Assembly (NCBI RefSeq): GCF_000281045.1
Contig: NW_008246170.1
Location: 91,221 to 148,724 of the forward strand
Origin: Saprolegnia diclina VS20
Taxonomy: Eukaryota
Direction of reading: 5' to 3'
DNA: 57,504 nt
The translations under genes and the position numbers were made by a program. Below, in pieces: positions 10,423-22,053 of this stretch; positions within the stretch are counted from its first letter, which is position 1, and each line of letters opens with the position of its first letter. Below the pieces are notes generated by a model. That model was not told the origin of the DNA and did no database searches. It saw only the letters and a list, made by a program, of their open reading frames with translations.

Positions 10423-12763
10423 TTAGAACTTTTCCGAGTGGTACGAGAACGCGGTGCCGTCCGTCTGTGCCTGGTTGAAAGCGTGGCAGGCGGCGCCCAC
10501 CGTTCGGTTGAGCGGTTGCGGGCCGCAGAGGAAGACGCCGACTTCGCTGCCCCGGTGGGCTTGGCCAATACGCGCCAGCTCCGCCGACCTGCACAAATGC
10601 AAGCATGAGCGATCCAAGTACATGCGTCAATAAGCCGCCTACCAGTCGGGGCGGCCAAAGTGGGTGACGTTCTTGTCCTTGGATGCGATACCGGTCAAGA
10701 CGTCATGACCGTCCTCGAGCTGCATAAAGGTCTGGATAAGGCGGAGCGGCGCAACGACCGACTCGCGGCTCAGTGGCGTCAAGTACGTCTGGATCTCGAG
10801 CCGGTTGTCCGTGTCCATGAGGCTGAGCTGCTGCATCGTGTCACGGAACCAGCCGAGGTTCTCTTGCTCGCGCGTGACCCAGAAAAAGTAGATTTTCTGG
10901 AGTGCTATGCGTTTCGGGAGCTGGACGACGCCGCAGTCGGGGCACCGGTGCTCCTCCCACACGTGCACGAGGTGCTTGAGGATCGAAGCGAACGGCGTGA
11001 CACCAATGCCGGCGCCGATGAGCACCACAGCCGGGTAGTTGTCATAGTCCTGCGACGGCGTGCCCACGGGGCCGTCGATCGCGATCGCGGGGTAGGGTTG
11101 GCTGGTGTCCGCGAGGCGGTCGTGCAACGCGCCGGTCCAGTCGCCCGCGCGCCGCACGTGGACGCTCAGATAGTTGTCTTCCGGGCACGATGAGATCGTA
11201 AACGGATGCCACTCGAAGCGCGAGAGGCTTGGCACCTTCAAGAAAAGGTACTACAGTTTCATAACTATCAATCTTTCAAGTCGAAAAATGAGAAAATTCG
11301 TACCATGCCCGGCTGAAAATCGCGAAAGCCGCGCGGCTTGTGCATGTAGATGGCCACCGTGTCGGACGCAATGTGCGCCTTGAGGATATGCGTCGAGCCG
11401 CCGAAGACGGCCGAGACGCGGTACCGGCGCTCGATGAGAAACACGATAAGTGGTCCACCCATCCAGAAATGGGTCTGCGGCGGCGCCATCCAGCCGTCGA
11501 GTCCGTGCATCTAGTCAACAGAGCTATCAGATCTCATGGGTAAACATAAGGACAGACAAAGAGGAAGACTGTGAACGGCACGAAGAGGCAGTGGCTGAGC
11601 CAAAAGAGGTTGAAATTCGCCCGACGGATGCGGTGGTGCGTGCACGGGACGGCGATCAGTGCGCAGACTAGCATGGCGAGGCCGGTCCAGATCGGAAGCT
11701 CGGCGGCAATGTCGAGGAGGGTGCCGTAGCGCAAGAGCCGGGTCTTTTTCTTGTTGAGGATCGAAACACTCCAGTCGAGGTCCGATGCTTCGCGGGCGCG
11801 GACGACGATGAGCACCCACGCCGCCGAGTGAACGACGGACGCCAAGAGCAAAACGACGGCCGCGAGCTTGTGAAAGGCGATCGTGTGGTCGAACGGGACG
11901 ATCGCCCAGAGCCAGCGCACGTTGCGCAGCGCAGTGACGAGCGACCGGCACATGGGCAGAAGCACGCAGGCGGCGTTGACGAGGACGATCTGGGCCATGG
12001 CCTTGGCGAGACGCGCGAGCTGGCCCGCGATCGGGTCCCACGGAATCGTCGTGATCTTGATCGTGCACGCAATCAAGTTGAGGAGAAAGTACATGGTGAG
12101 AAACTGGACTTCAGTGTAGTGGGCCGCAAGCCAGTCGAGGATGGCGTCGAGACGCGACGACGGCGGCCGCGACGCGGATGGCGCGACCTTGACAGCAGCG
12201 GGCGATGCCGGCTCGTGGAAGATGGAGCAAAAGTCACCAAACGTGAGCACGCCGTTGCTGGTCTTGGCAAAGACGCGGTCGAGGACGTCGCCGACGCTGA
12301 CGCCGCAAAGCGTGACGTGGTGCACATTCATGGTCGTCTCGAGGAAGGACGCAATGCCGGCGCGCGTGACGAACCCGGTCCGGTCGACGTCGAGGAGGTC
12401 AAAGACGAAGCGCAGCTTGGCCTCGTCCGAGAGCGACGACTGCGTGCACGCCGTGAGGAGCACGGACGCCGCGTACGAGCGCACGTCGCCAGTCTCGAGG
12501 TCCACGAGCGAGTCGGCGGGCAGGAAGCGCGCGAGCTGCGCCTGTATGAGCTCGGCATTGGACGCGATCGTCGACGACGAGTCGAGCGCCGACCGCAGCG
12601 TGTACAGGTCTACCTCGTCCACGCGGGCGAGCTGCGGCGGGGATGCGAGCACGGACATGAGTGATGCGCTCGCAATCGCGTCGAATTCAGATCTGCGCAT
12701 GAGATACGTCACGCCGGCGTTGGCGAGCCGCTGGCGCTTGAGTTGCTCCATTGCCAGCTGCAT
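10423..12763 (-). CDS. NADPH oxidase (RBOH/NOX5-like: EF-hand region, ferric reductase TM, FAD- and NADPH-binding domains); 4 exons
   Basis: Haem His pairs FHKLAAVVLLLASVVH and SHCLFVPFTVFLF|MHG; HPFTISS; DGPVG; GAGIGVTPF; FLCGP; C-terminal SEKF; EF-like DVDRTGFVT. Confidence 0.92.
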
Positions 12764-13373
12764 GTGCCAAGTGGTGTCTTTTCCGGTCCAAAACGACTCA
12801 AAAATCACGAAAAATGGCTGCGAAACGCGCAAAACCAGCTTTTTTATACGTGAAATCTCAAGCCACCTGAGATTACTGCCTGCACGCGGACCGCAGTCTC
12901 ATACAATGCACCGTCTTCGTCGTACCTCGACGCCAAATGATACGCATTTCACGTAGGCGAACGTGCTTGACGAACGCAGAACCTTGGAAACGCCACCTTG
13001 CCGTTCGACTGCGTTCGAATATGCTTGGTCCCGCGACGCGATCGGCTTGTGGACAGCAGTGGCACAGCTGGCACGTGGTGGATCAGCGCCATTTTTGGCT
13101 GATATATATCAATGTCAGCTGGCCTATTGGGCAGCATTGCCTGCCCGCCACCGACACCTCTTCCTGAACCATTGGAGTGTGCACGTTTCGACGAGTCCTA
13201 GTTAGTTGTACGGGCTGTTGTAGTCGACACCGCCCGTGCAGCGCAAGGTGCGACTCGCCTGTTGACGAAGCAGTAGTGGTACTTTTTATGACGTGGCAGC
13301 ACGAGAAAAAAGGTCAATGTGTTACGTGCTTCGGCCAAACCATACGCTGAGGATTATGAGTAGGTCGCGGTTC

Positions 13374-15662
13374 TTACGAGTCCTCGCCGGGCGCGGACGG
13401 CAGCGACCGCATGTATCGGCGGAGCTCGTACGCTGCTTGCGACGCTGTCGGTCGGCCACTTGGGTCCATCGTCAAGCACTGCTCCGCAAGCACGCGCACG
13501 GGTGGCGGGCAGTCGTCGCGGAAGGTCGGCGTGAGCTTGCCGGTGGAGACAAGCAGCGCCATTTGCACCGCCGACATGGGCTGCGACGACGAGGTAGACG
13601 CGTACGGGACGTGCCACGTGTCGAGCTCCGAGAGGACAACGCCAAACGAGTAAACATCGGCTTTTTCGTTGTAATGGCCGTCGTGGAGGAGCACTTCGGG
13701 CGCAGCCCACGCCGTCGTGCCCGTGCCCATCGTCATGGTCTCGTCGATCATGGACCGGCTGATACCGAAGTCCCTAGAAGGTACGTCGACTTGTGCACAA
13801 AACTAGAGTGTAGTATCGTACGTGAGCTTGGCGACGTAGTAGCCGTCGAGGAGAATGTTGCGGGATTTGAGATCGCGGTGGAGGATCTTGGGCTCGAACG
13901 AGTGCAGATACGTGATGGCATCGATGACGTTGACCGCCATCTGCAGCTTGGAGACGGGGTACGTCGACGACGCTACCGTCCACTGCAGCGCTTGGGCCGT
14001 CGCGTCGTGCGAGAGCAGCTCGCGGAGGTCGCCGTTGGGCAAAAACTCGGTGACGAGCGCCAAGTCGTGCAGCGTGGTCCACGACACCCCGACGAACGCA
14101 ACAATGTTGTCGTGGTTGAGCGTCGAGAACATCTTGATCTCGTGCATGAACGCCTGAATGTAGATCGACTGGCGCGCGTGGACGGCTTGAAGCTCCTTGA
14201 CAGCGACGATTTGGGCCTGGAACGTCGCCTTGTACACGACAGCGAAGCCGCCGCTGCCGCACACGCGCTTGTGCAAAAGCTCCTTCTTGGGAATCCTCGC
14301 CGCGTCCAACTCAATGTCCGACCGAAGGTCATACGAAAATGCCGAGCTTGCCGAAGAGCTCCCGGTCGACACCGCAATGTCGTGCTCTTGCTGATTATGA
14401 TGGCGCTCGAACGAGCTGCCCCGCGACGTCGCTTCGAGCGGAGGCGTCTCCAAGCTGTGGTAGGGCTTCTCGCCCGACGACCCTCGGCCCCGGCGGCGAC
14501 AGAACAAGTAAGCAATCAAGGCAACCAAGGCACCGACACCGATGCCAATCCCAACGTACAAGCCCGCGGGGGCATCTACGACATCGCATCAGTATTTCGG
14601 AGACAGACATCACTCCACAACCTTCGCGACCCGGGGACTGGGCGCCGCCGGCCACTAGCGCAGCAGTGAGGTCAATCGTTTGCAGATAACTGGCACCGTT
14701 GCTGCTGCTCGTGTCGACGGGAACCGCGTCGTCTAGTGACGCAACGTGGGTCAAAGCGTCGCTCGCGAGCGCGTACCGTAGACGACGCACACCGAGTGCA
14801 CGAGCGCTTGCTGCGTCTCTGCGTCCGGCGCGCCTTTGAACGTGCGGAGCTGGCCGCGGCAGCTCGTCGGCACGATGGGCTCATCCGCAACAAGACTCAT
14901 TTCGCTCAGCGACGTAAACGAGGCTGCGTCCACATTGAAGGTCGTGATCGGGTTGTCGGCCAGCCACCTAGTGCAATAGTTCAATGCCATTCGAGTCGTT
15001 CATTCTGATAGGCGCTCACAGGATGCGAAGCGTCGACGGAATGCGCAGTCGGTCAATCGACGCGATCTTGTTGTTGGACAAGTTGCTAGGAATACGCCAC
15101 GATGAGCGCCATCCCAGAGCGCGTCGCTCGTACAGCGTGCGCAGCTTGGACGGGATGACAAACGAGGCGTTCACAAAGCCAATGCGGTTGCCCGAGAGGT
15201 CCCTACGCACTGCGTCTTACAACAAGATTTCTCAAAGCATTGCTACAGCGTCGTAAGCGACGGCGGCCACTGAACCATGTTGAGCGCGCCATCCAGCACA
15301 TTGCCCTGGAGACTCCTACACTGCGTGGTTGAGAGCGTCCAGGAGGTTGGTGAGCGCGCGGACAAGGACGTGAGCTGGGCGCTCGACGGCAAGTTGTCGC
15401 CTAATGACGGGTTCACGCGCCGGACGCCGTCGTCGTTGAGCGTGCTAAGAGGTCGCCGTCAGCGAGTGATCCCATCGAGGCGTCGTCGGTACTAGGCAGC
15501 CACTTTGGGCGACAGCGCCTGCAGTATCTGGAACGGCTCTTTGACCGTGAGGCTGCCATTCGCACTTGGCGCCAAGTTGACCTGGCGGTCGTTAGCGCCC
15601 ACAATGCAGACGACGACGCTCTTGGCGCTGCCGCACTGCGCCGTGAGCGATCGGTCGCCCAT
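13374..15662 (-). CDS. LRR receptor kinase copy 1 (LRR ectodomain, TM, TKL kinase), multi-exon
   Basis: LRR exons (DLSGNRIGFVNASFVIPSKLRTL etc.); TM YVGIGIGVGALVALIAYLF; kinase motifs GSGGFAVV, VAVKE, HRDLKSRN, DFG (after an intron), APE, DVYSFG. Confidence 0.88.
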
Positions 15663-15783
15663 GAGCAGAGGTTTCCCGAAACGTTGCCTGCCGCCTGTCC
15701 AAAAGATACCGTAACCGACGCAATTTATTAAAAAGAACGACGCAATTTTCAAGTAGTGACACAAATCCGACTCAAGTCGACAA

Positions 15784-17913
15784 CTAGGTGGCGCGAAGGA
15801 GCTTGCGCAGCGCGTAGGACACCTGCGCCGCCGTCGGTCGATCGTCAGGGTCCATGGCAAGACATTCCTTGGCCAGCGCCAAGATGTCGGACGGGCAGTC
15901 GTCGCGGAAGGTCGGCGTGAGCTTCCCGGTCGAGACGAGCAGCGCCATCTGCACCGCCGACATGGGCTGCGAAGAGGATGCGGTGGCGTATGGCACTTGC
16001 CACGTGTCGAGCTCCGAGAGGACGACGCCGAACGAGTANNNNNNNNNNNNNNNNNNNNNNNNNNNNNNNNNNNNNNNNNNNNNNNNNNNNNNNNNNNNNN
16101 NNNNNNNNNNNNNNNNNNNNNNNNNNNNNNNNNNNNNNNNNNNNNNNNNNNNNNNNNNNNNNNNNNNNNNNNNNNNNNNNNNNNNNNNNNNNNNNNNNNN
16201 NNNNNNNNNNNNNNNNNNNNNNNNNNNNNNNNNNNNNNNNNNNNNNNNNNNNNNNNNNNNNNNNNNNNNNNNNNNNNNNNNNNNNNNNNNNNNNNNNNNN
16301 NNNNNNNNNNNNNNNNNNNNNNNNNNNNNNNNNNNNNNNNNNNNNNNNNNNNNNNNNNNNNNNNNNNNNNNNNNNNNNNNNNNNNNNNNNNNNNNNNNNN
16401 NNNNNNNNNNNNNNNNNNNNNNNNNNNNNNNNNNNNNNNNNNNNNNNNNNNNNNNNNNNNNNNNNNNNNNNNNNNNNNNNNNNNNNNNCGGACAATGTTG
16501 TCGTGGTGCAGCGTCGAGAACAGCTGGATCTCGTGCATGAAGGCCTGGACGTGGGTCGCGTGGCGCGTGTGGACGGCCTGGAGCTCCTTGACGGCGACGA
16601 CTTGGTCTTGAAAGAGCGCTCTGTACACGATCGCAAAGCCGCCGTTGCCACAAATCTGCTTTTGCGCCAACTCGCGCTTGGGAATCCGGTACCCGTTCAG
16701 CTCTGGGTCCGACCGAATGTCGTAGCTGTAGGCAAACGTGCCGTCCGAGCCTTTCGATGACGTGATCTCGCGCTGCTGGGACTCTTGATACTGTTGAAAG
16801 GTCGCGCGCAGGTCCGTTGTGCTCGGTGTGGCCGTAGTCGAGAGTGGTCGGCGCCGGCGCCGGATCAAAACAAACGCGAGGACCGCGAGAACGACGGCGA
16901 CACCGACACCGATGCCAATGTACGTGGCCGACGACGACGCCGACGATGCTGGCGACGCAGTTGCCGGTGCCGTTGTGCCTTTGTTCACGGCCGTTGGGGC
17001 GGGTGTCGTGGTGCTGGCTAGGCACGAGAGTTAGTGCCAGGCTCTGAAGAGTAAGTGAACGAACCGACAACGCAAATCTTGTGGGTGAGGACCTCTTTCG
17101 TCCGGGCGTCTGGGGCGCCTTGATATGTCTCCAGCGTTCCGGCGCAGGAGGTGGGTCGAATCGCCACGGTCGAGAAGACTTGAATGTCGCGTAGCGCCGC
17201 GAACGACGCTGCATCGACGTTGAACGTCTCAATGTAGTGGAACGAGAGGTCGCTACGCTGGCCACATGAGTCTTCTCAACGACAGCACGACGACAGGGTA
17301 CAGGCTCAACAGCGTCGACGGGATGCGCCAGCCGTCGATGGTCGTGAGGTTGTTGGTCGAGAGCGATCTATGCGAGCGTGAGCAGCCGCTTTGCTCTGAA
17401 GCGTACAAGTATCGGAGCATGGCGGGCAGCGTAAACGACCCGTTGACGACCCGCATGTTGTTGCCCGTGAGATCGCTATCGCCAGCGTGAGCCACAGTCT
17501 AATTCGAGGCGCAGATGGCACAGGTTGGTGAGCGACGCTGGCCACTGGACGACGTTGAGCGCGCTGTCCAGTGCGTTGTAGCGCAGACTCCTACATTGAG
17601 CGTGAGCACGCAGGCCATCGTCCTCGACAAGCTACATGGCGGTGAGCTGCGCAGGCGCAGTGAACGCTGGCTCGATAAGCGCGAGCGAGTTGTCCTCGAG
17701 ATACCTAGCTTGCACATCAGCAATGGCAATAGCGGCGACAACGAACAAGGTGGCGGTGCCAGCCGGCAGCGCGTGCAGGACGTGGACCTCGACGCTCACG
17801 TAGAGGCTGGTGGAGCCGCTGCTGAACGTCACATCGGTCTCGTTGCCAGGACCGTAGACGACGCAGGCGGGCGCCGTCTTGTTGGCGCACGTCGTCGTGA
17901 GGGTCCCGACCAT
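15784..17913 (-). CDS. LRR receptor kinase copy 2 (kinase domain interrupted by an assembly gap)
   Basis: Start MVGTLTTTCANKTAPAC; LRR exons separated by phase-2 introns; S/T/A-rich stalk; TM YIGIGVGVAVVLAVLAFVLI; kinase N-lobe and C-terminal YSFGVVLSELDT flank the Ns. Confidence 0.85.
16039..16488. other. Assembly gap (450 N) inside the kinase domain of LRR-RK copy 2
   Basis: Run of N. Confidence 0.99.
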
Positions 17914-18141
17914 GCTACACTCACTGGGCTGCTGAGCAACTGGTTCGATGCGCGCTGCCTGTCCATGCCAAAACCCCGTGATTGGTCCTTCTCGAGGGCG
18001 TGTCACACCCAAGATTCTGTTTCGAACCTTACTCCAGCGTTTCACAAAGGTAAACTCTGTTTCAAACTCTGACTGAGCGATGCCAGATCAGGGTGCCAGT
18101 GCAGTAGAAACCAAACAACCAAGGCGTCAACTACAACACTA

Positions 18142-18947
18142 CAACTTCATTTCTCATAACACTCTACTCGTATCTAGGCCTTGCGGGCAAAGAAGAGCCC
18201 CCACTTTTGGTCGCCTTCCGCGCAGCGCACGAGCTTGGCCTCCCAGCCGTCGACAATGTCCTCGTAGTCGTGCGCCGACGTCTCGGCGATGAACGCATCC
18301 TTGTTGAGACGCGTCCGGTCCAGCTCCGTCTGCAGCACTTGGACAAAGTGCTCGGTGCGGTCTTCCGCCTCGACGTCCGTAAACCCGACGCTCGCAATCA
18401 CATTGCCGTACGCTGCGGGCGTCAGCAGGTGGTAGCCGCGGCTCGCCACATACGCCTTGAAGCGGGTCGTTTGCGTCTCGGCCTCGCCGCAGCAGTAGTC
18501 CGAGATGAGGAGGCGGCCGCCGGGCTTGAGCCAGCTGTAAAACTTGGCGAAGAGCGCCTTCTTGTCCCCAATGTGCAGGATCGTGTCGCGCGAGTAGATC
18601 ACGTCAAACGACGCCGGCGCATACTCCTTCGTCGTCGCGTCGCAAATCTCAAACTCGCAGTCGACGCTCGGGTCGGTCAGCGACGTCTCGAGCGCGCGGT
18701 GCACCATGTTGGTCGAGAGGTCGATGCCGACGACGCTGACGCCAAAGGTCTTGGCCATGTAAAAGTCGCCGCCGCCAATGCCGCAGCCCACGTCGAGGAC
18801 GCGCTCGCCATGGCGGAGGCCGAGCTTGGCAACAAACTCGGTGGTCGTGTCCTGGCCGCCCGTGCTGATGTAGCCCGCGCCAAAGATCTTTTCGTAGCGC
18901 GCAATGCTGCCGCGCGAGTACTGCTGCGCGTCCAGGAACCGCTGGAA
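18142..18947. repeat. Left arm of an 806 bp near-perfect inverted repeat (partner 21014-21819)
   Basis: Reverse complement matches 21014-21819 with only 2 differences noticed by eye; covers the PEAMT C-terminal domain and 32 bp of 3' UTR. Confidence 0.95.
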
Positions 18948-19670
18948 CGTCTCGGCCGCGCCGACCGAGCCCTCCTTGATCACCTTCTTGAAGCGAAAAC
19001 AGATCTGGCCATTGTTCTTCTTGACGCGACGGTAGACGCCGACCGACGACGACGACACGAGCTCAAACTGGCTCACGCGGCCGTTGCCTTCGTCAATGAC
19101 GGCGGATGCAAACGCCCCGACGTAAAAGCTCGGGTGGCGGTATTTCGTCGGGTTGGACGTGCGCTTGACGTCGCCGCTTTGGCGAAAGCACGACTCGCGG
19201 AAGAAGACTTCGCCGCCGGGACGGAGCCACTTGAGCGTCTTCTGGGCGAGGCGCGACACCTCGTCGTCGTCGAGGTACATGAGCAGCCAGTTGGAGAAGA
19301 CCACGTCGAACGACGATGGCTGGCGCTCGAGGTCGCACACGTCCGCGCACAAAAACGACACGTTGCCGCGGTGGCCGTTGGCCTTTTCATTCGCCTTGTG
19401 AAAGTCCTCGATGAACTCGACGGCCGTGATGCTGGCCGCCTCGTCGGCAATGCGGCCCGTGTAGCGGCCAATGCCGGCCGCCATTTCGAGCACGTCCTTG
19501 TCCTTGACGTCCGGGAGCTTGGCGAGGATCTCGGGGATCTCGAGCTCGTGGAGCACCTTGGCGTTCGAGTCGAGCATCATCGTCTCGATCGTCGTCTCTT
19601 GGCTGTGCTCCGACCAGTAGCTCTTCATGTCGTTGCGCGTCGCAACAGTCGCTTCGTCGAGGCCGGCCAT
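18174..19670 (-). CDS. PEAMT: Di-domain phosphoethanolamine N-methyltransferase (plant-type PEAMT), copy A
   Basis: N-domain YWSEHS..MMLDS, VLEMAAGIGRYT, SNWLLMYL, FRESCF, NPTKYR; C-domain FQRFLD..QY, ISTGG, VLDVGCGIGGG, YSRDTILHI, ISDYC. Confidence 0.93.
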   Translation of the reverse strand: MAGLDEATVATRNDMKSYWSEHSQETTIETMMLDSNAKVLHELEIPEILAKLPDVKDKDVLEMAAGIGRYTGRIADEAASITAVEFIEDFHKANEKANGHRGNVSFLCADVCDLERQPSSFDVVFSNWLLMYLDDDEVSRLAQKTLKWLRPGGEVFFRESCFRQSGDVKRTSNPTKYRHPSFYVGAFASAVIDEGNGRVSQFELVSSSSVGVYRRVKKNNGQICFRFKKVIKEGSVGAAETFQRFLDAQQYSRGSIARYEKIFGAGYISTGGQDTTTEFVAKLGLRHGERVLDVGCGIGGGDFYMAKTFGVSVVGIDLSTNMVHRALETSLTDPSVDCEFEICDATTKEYAPASFDVIYSRDTILHIGDKKALFAKFYSWLKPGGRLLISDYCCGEAETQTTRFKAYVASRGYHLLTPAAYGNVIASVGFTDVEAEDRTEHFVQVLQTELDRTRLNKDAFIAETSAHDYEDIVDGWEAKLVRCAEGDQKWGLFFARKA

Positions 19671-19694
19671 CGTTATTGGTGCCTGGGAAAGGGC

Positions 19695-19708
19695 AAATTC
19701 AGAAATGA
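19695..19708 (-). promoter_or_regulatory. Oomycete Inr/FPR-like core promoter upstream of PEAMT A
   Basis: Minus strand reads TCATTTCTGAATTT, close to the oomycete TCATTYYNCAWTTT consensus, ~25 bp upstream of the ATG. Confidence 0.55.
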
Positions 19709-20342
19709 AATACCGGTCCAACGTTGCAAGAAGATCGCTGAGGCCAAGTGACTACAAAGGCGTTGAAGGACGACGCCAAAAGTCGCCCCGACGCATGCCG
19801 GATGGAAGGCAACGCCGACGCGGTCTGTCGCGTGCACCTCGCGGATTGGCCGAAATTCATGCAAATCAAACCATCGACCAATCACAGCGCGTCGAACCGC
19901 CAGAAAGGCCACCTGGCGTGCACACCTGCCGCCATCGTGAGCCGCTGACGAATGAGCGCGCGCCACCACGACGGGCGAGACCACGTGGCGCCACGACAGC
20001 GAAGCAAGCCGATTTCGAATACGTGCGCCACTACGGTATTCTACCACGTACTAAGAACTGAGGGACTACACTGAGACTAGCTATGGCCGTGGATCCGTTG
20101 GCTGGCGGCAGCGAGAAGCCTGCTGGCGTTGCTTTCGCCGCGGGCTTGAAGTGGGCGCCGAGATCCCGCCATCTGCTCCAGCTCATTTGACGTGCCGGCG
20201 CGTGATTGGCTTATTTTCAAAAGATCGCAACACTCGAATGACTCACGTGGTGAAAAACAATTTACACGGTGTTTGCACATGTGTGAAATGCAATGGTATT
20301 TTTCACGCCGTGCGTGGCAAACGACGTGGGAAATCGCACGCC

Positions 20343-21787
20343 ATGGTCAAAGGAACGACCGTCGTGGAGATGCATCGCAGTACTCGCGTGTACTCGTGTT
20401 GTAGTTAGTCGAATGTCTACTAGACGACATCGACTCGCACCAAGTCTGGAGCGAGCGCATCGCCGACCCGACTTCAACGCATGGCACGTTGAATCTTTGG
20501 CTCAGACAGGCGGTCATTTCCGAAAAAGCGACCAGCATGCAAGACGACCTCGTCCGCGACTGCCACGGCAAGCGCGTGCTCGTTCTCGGCTCTGGCGACG
20601 CCGCCCACGGCGTGGCCAAGGTGGCGGCCACCATCACCCACGTCTCCATCGACGATCCCTCGGCGCTCGCGTCCATTGCGCCGGCGTCCGTCGACGTCGT
20701 ACTCAGCCATGGAGCCCACCGGTACCTTAGCGAGGCTGCCCTCGCCGCTGTGGCGTCCGCAACGCTGGCCTGCCTCGTCGAAGGCGGCCTCGCGTACTTT
20801 GACGAAACGTGCTTTGGTGGCGACGACGCGAAAGCCACGTACCGGCACCCGCACGCCTACACGGAGGCGTACGCGTCCGTGTGTCGCCCCGACGGGCCGC
20901 TCATGGCGCAGTTTGAGCTGCGCACATCCTCGGCCAAGCTCATCTCGCCTCGCAATAGCATGCACGTGACGTTTGCCTTTCTCAAGGTGGTCAAGCAGGA
21001 CACGCTGGCGTCCTTCCAGCGGTTCCTGGACGCGCAGCAGTACTCGCGCGGCAGCATTGCGCGCTACGAAAAGATCTTTGGCGCGGGCTACATCAGCACG
21101 GGCGGCCAGGACACGACCACCGAGTTTGTCGCCAAGCTCGGCCTCCGCCATGGCGAGCGCGTCCTCGACGTGGGCTGCGGCATTGGCGGCGGCGACTTTT
21201 ACATGGCCAAGACCTTTGGCGTCAGCGTCGTCGGCATCGACCTCTCGACCAACATGGTGCACCGCGCGCTCGAGACGTCGCTGACCGACCCGAGCGTCGA
21301 CTGCGAGTTTGAGATTTGCGACGCGACGACGAAGGAGTATGCGCCGGCGTCGTTTGACGTGATCTACTCGCGCGACACGATCCTGCACATTGGGGACAAG
21401 AAGGCGCTCTTCGCCAAGTTTTACAGCTGGCTCAAGCCCGGCGGCCGCCTCCTCATCTCGGACTACTGCTGCGGCGAGGCCGAGACGCAAACGACCCGCT
21501 TCAAGGCGTATGTGACGAGCCGCGGCTACCACCTGCTGACGCCCGCAGCGTACGGCAATGTGATTGCGAGCGTCGGGTTTACGGACGTCGAGGCGGAAGA
21601 CCGCACCGAGCACTTTGTCCAAGTGCTGCAGACGGAGCTGGACCGGACGCGTCTCAACAAGGATGCGTTCATCGCCGAGACGTCGGCGCACGACTACGAG
21701 GACATTGTCGACGGCTGGGAGGCCAAGCTCGTGCGCTGCGCGGAAGGCGACCAAAAGTGGGGGCTCTTCTTTGCCCGCAAGGCCTAG
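20343..21787 (+). CDS. PEAMT: PEAMT copy B with degenerate N-terminal methyltransferase domain (intron 20380-20423)
   Basis: Spliced start MVKGTTVVEMHRNDIDSHQVWSER aligns with TRNDMKSYWSEH of copy A; C-domain identical to copy A except one A/T change; N-domain motifs are eroded. Confidence 0.88.
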
Positions 21788-21819
21788 ATACGAGTAGAGT
21801 GTTATGAGAAATGAAGTTG
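21014..21819. repeat. Right arm of the 806 bp inverted repeat (partner 18142-18947)
   Basis: Direct sequence comparison; identity starts at TTCCAGCGG and ends at ATGAAGTTG. Confidence 0.95.
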
Positions 21820-22053
21820 CAGTGGTGTCTATTGGTATAGAGCAGCAGCGCAGCAGCTAGAGGTGTTCTTAGACCCGTTCTAAGCCGTTCTCAGACCCTA
21901 GTTGCAGCAGGAAACTGGCCTTAGCTGCCAAGATGGCTGTTACACGTGGCATCCCCAGAACGCATGTCGTTTGTCGAAGTTTTGTTGAGCCAATCACATG
22001 CTCGCTCGCCATAATCGCACGCTCGTCGAACAACGCGATCGACTGGCGCAACA

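Noticed and set aside
15492..17265. Very long ORFs containing X runs (also 23014-24839)
   Set aside because: Artefacts of reading through N gaps; frames across the gaps are not meaningful, so no frameshift or pseudogene call is made.
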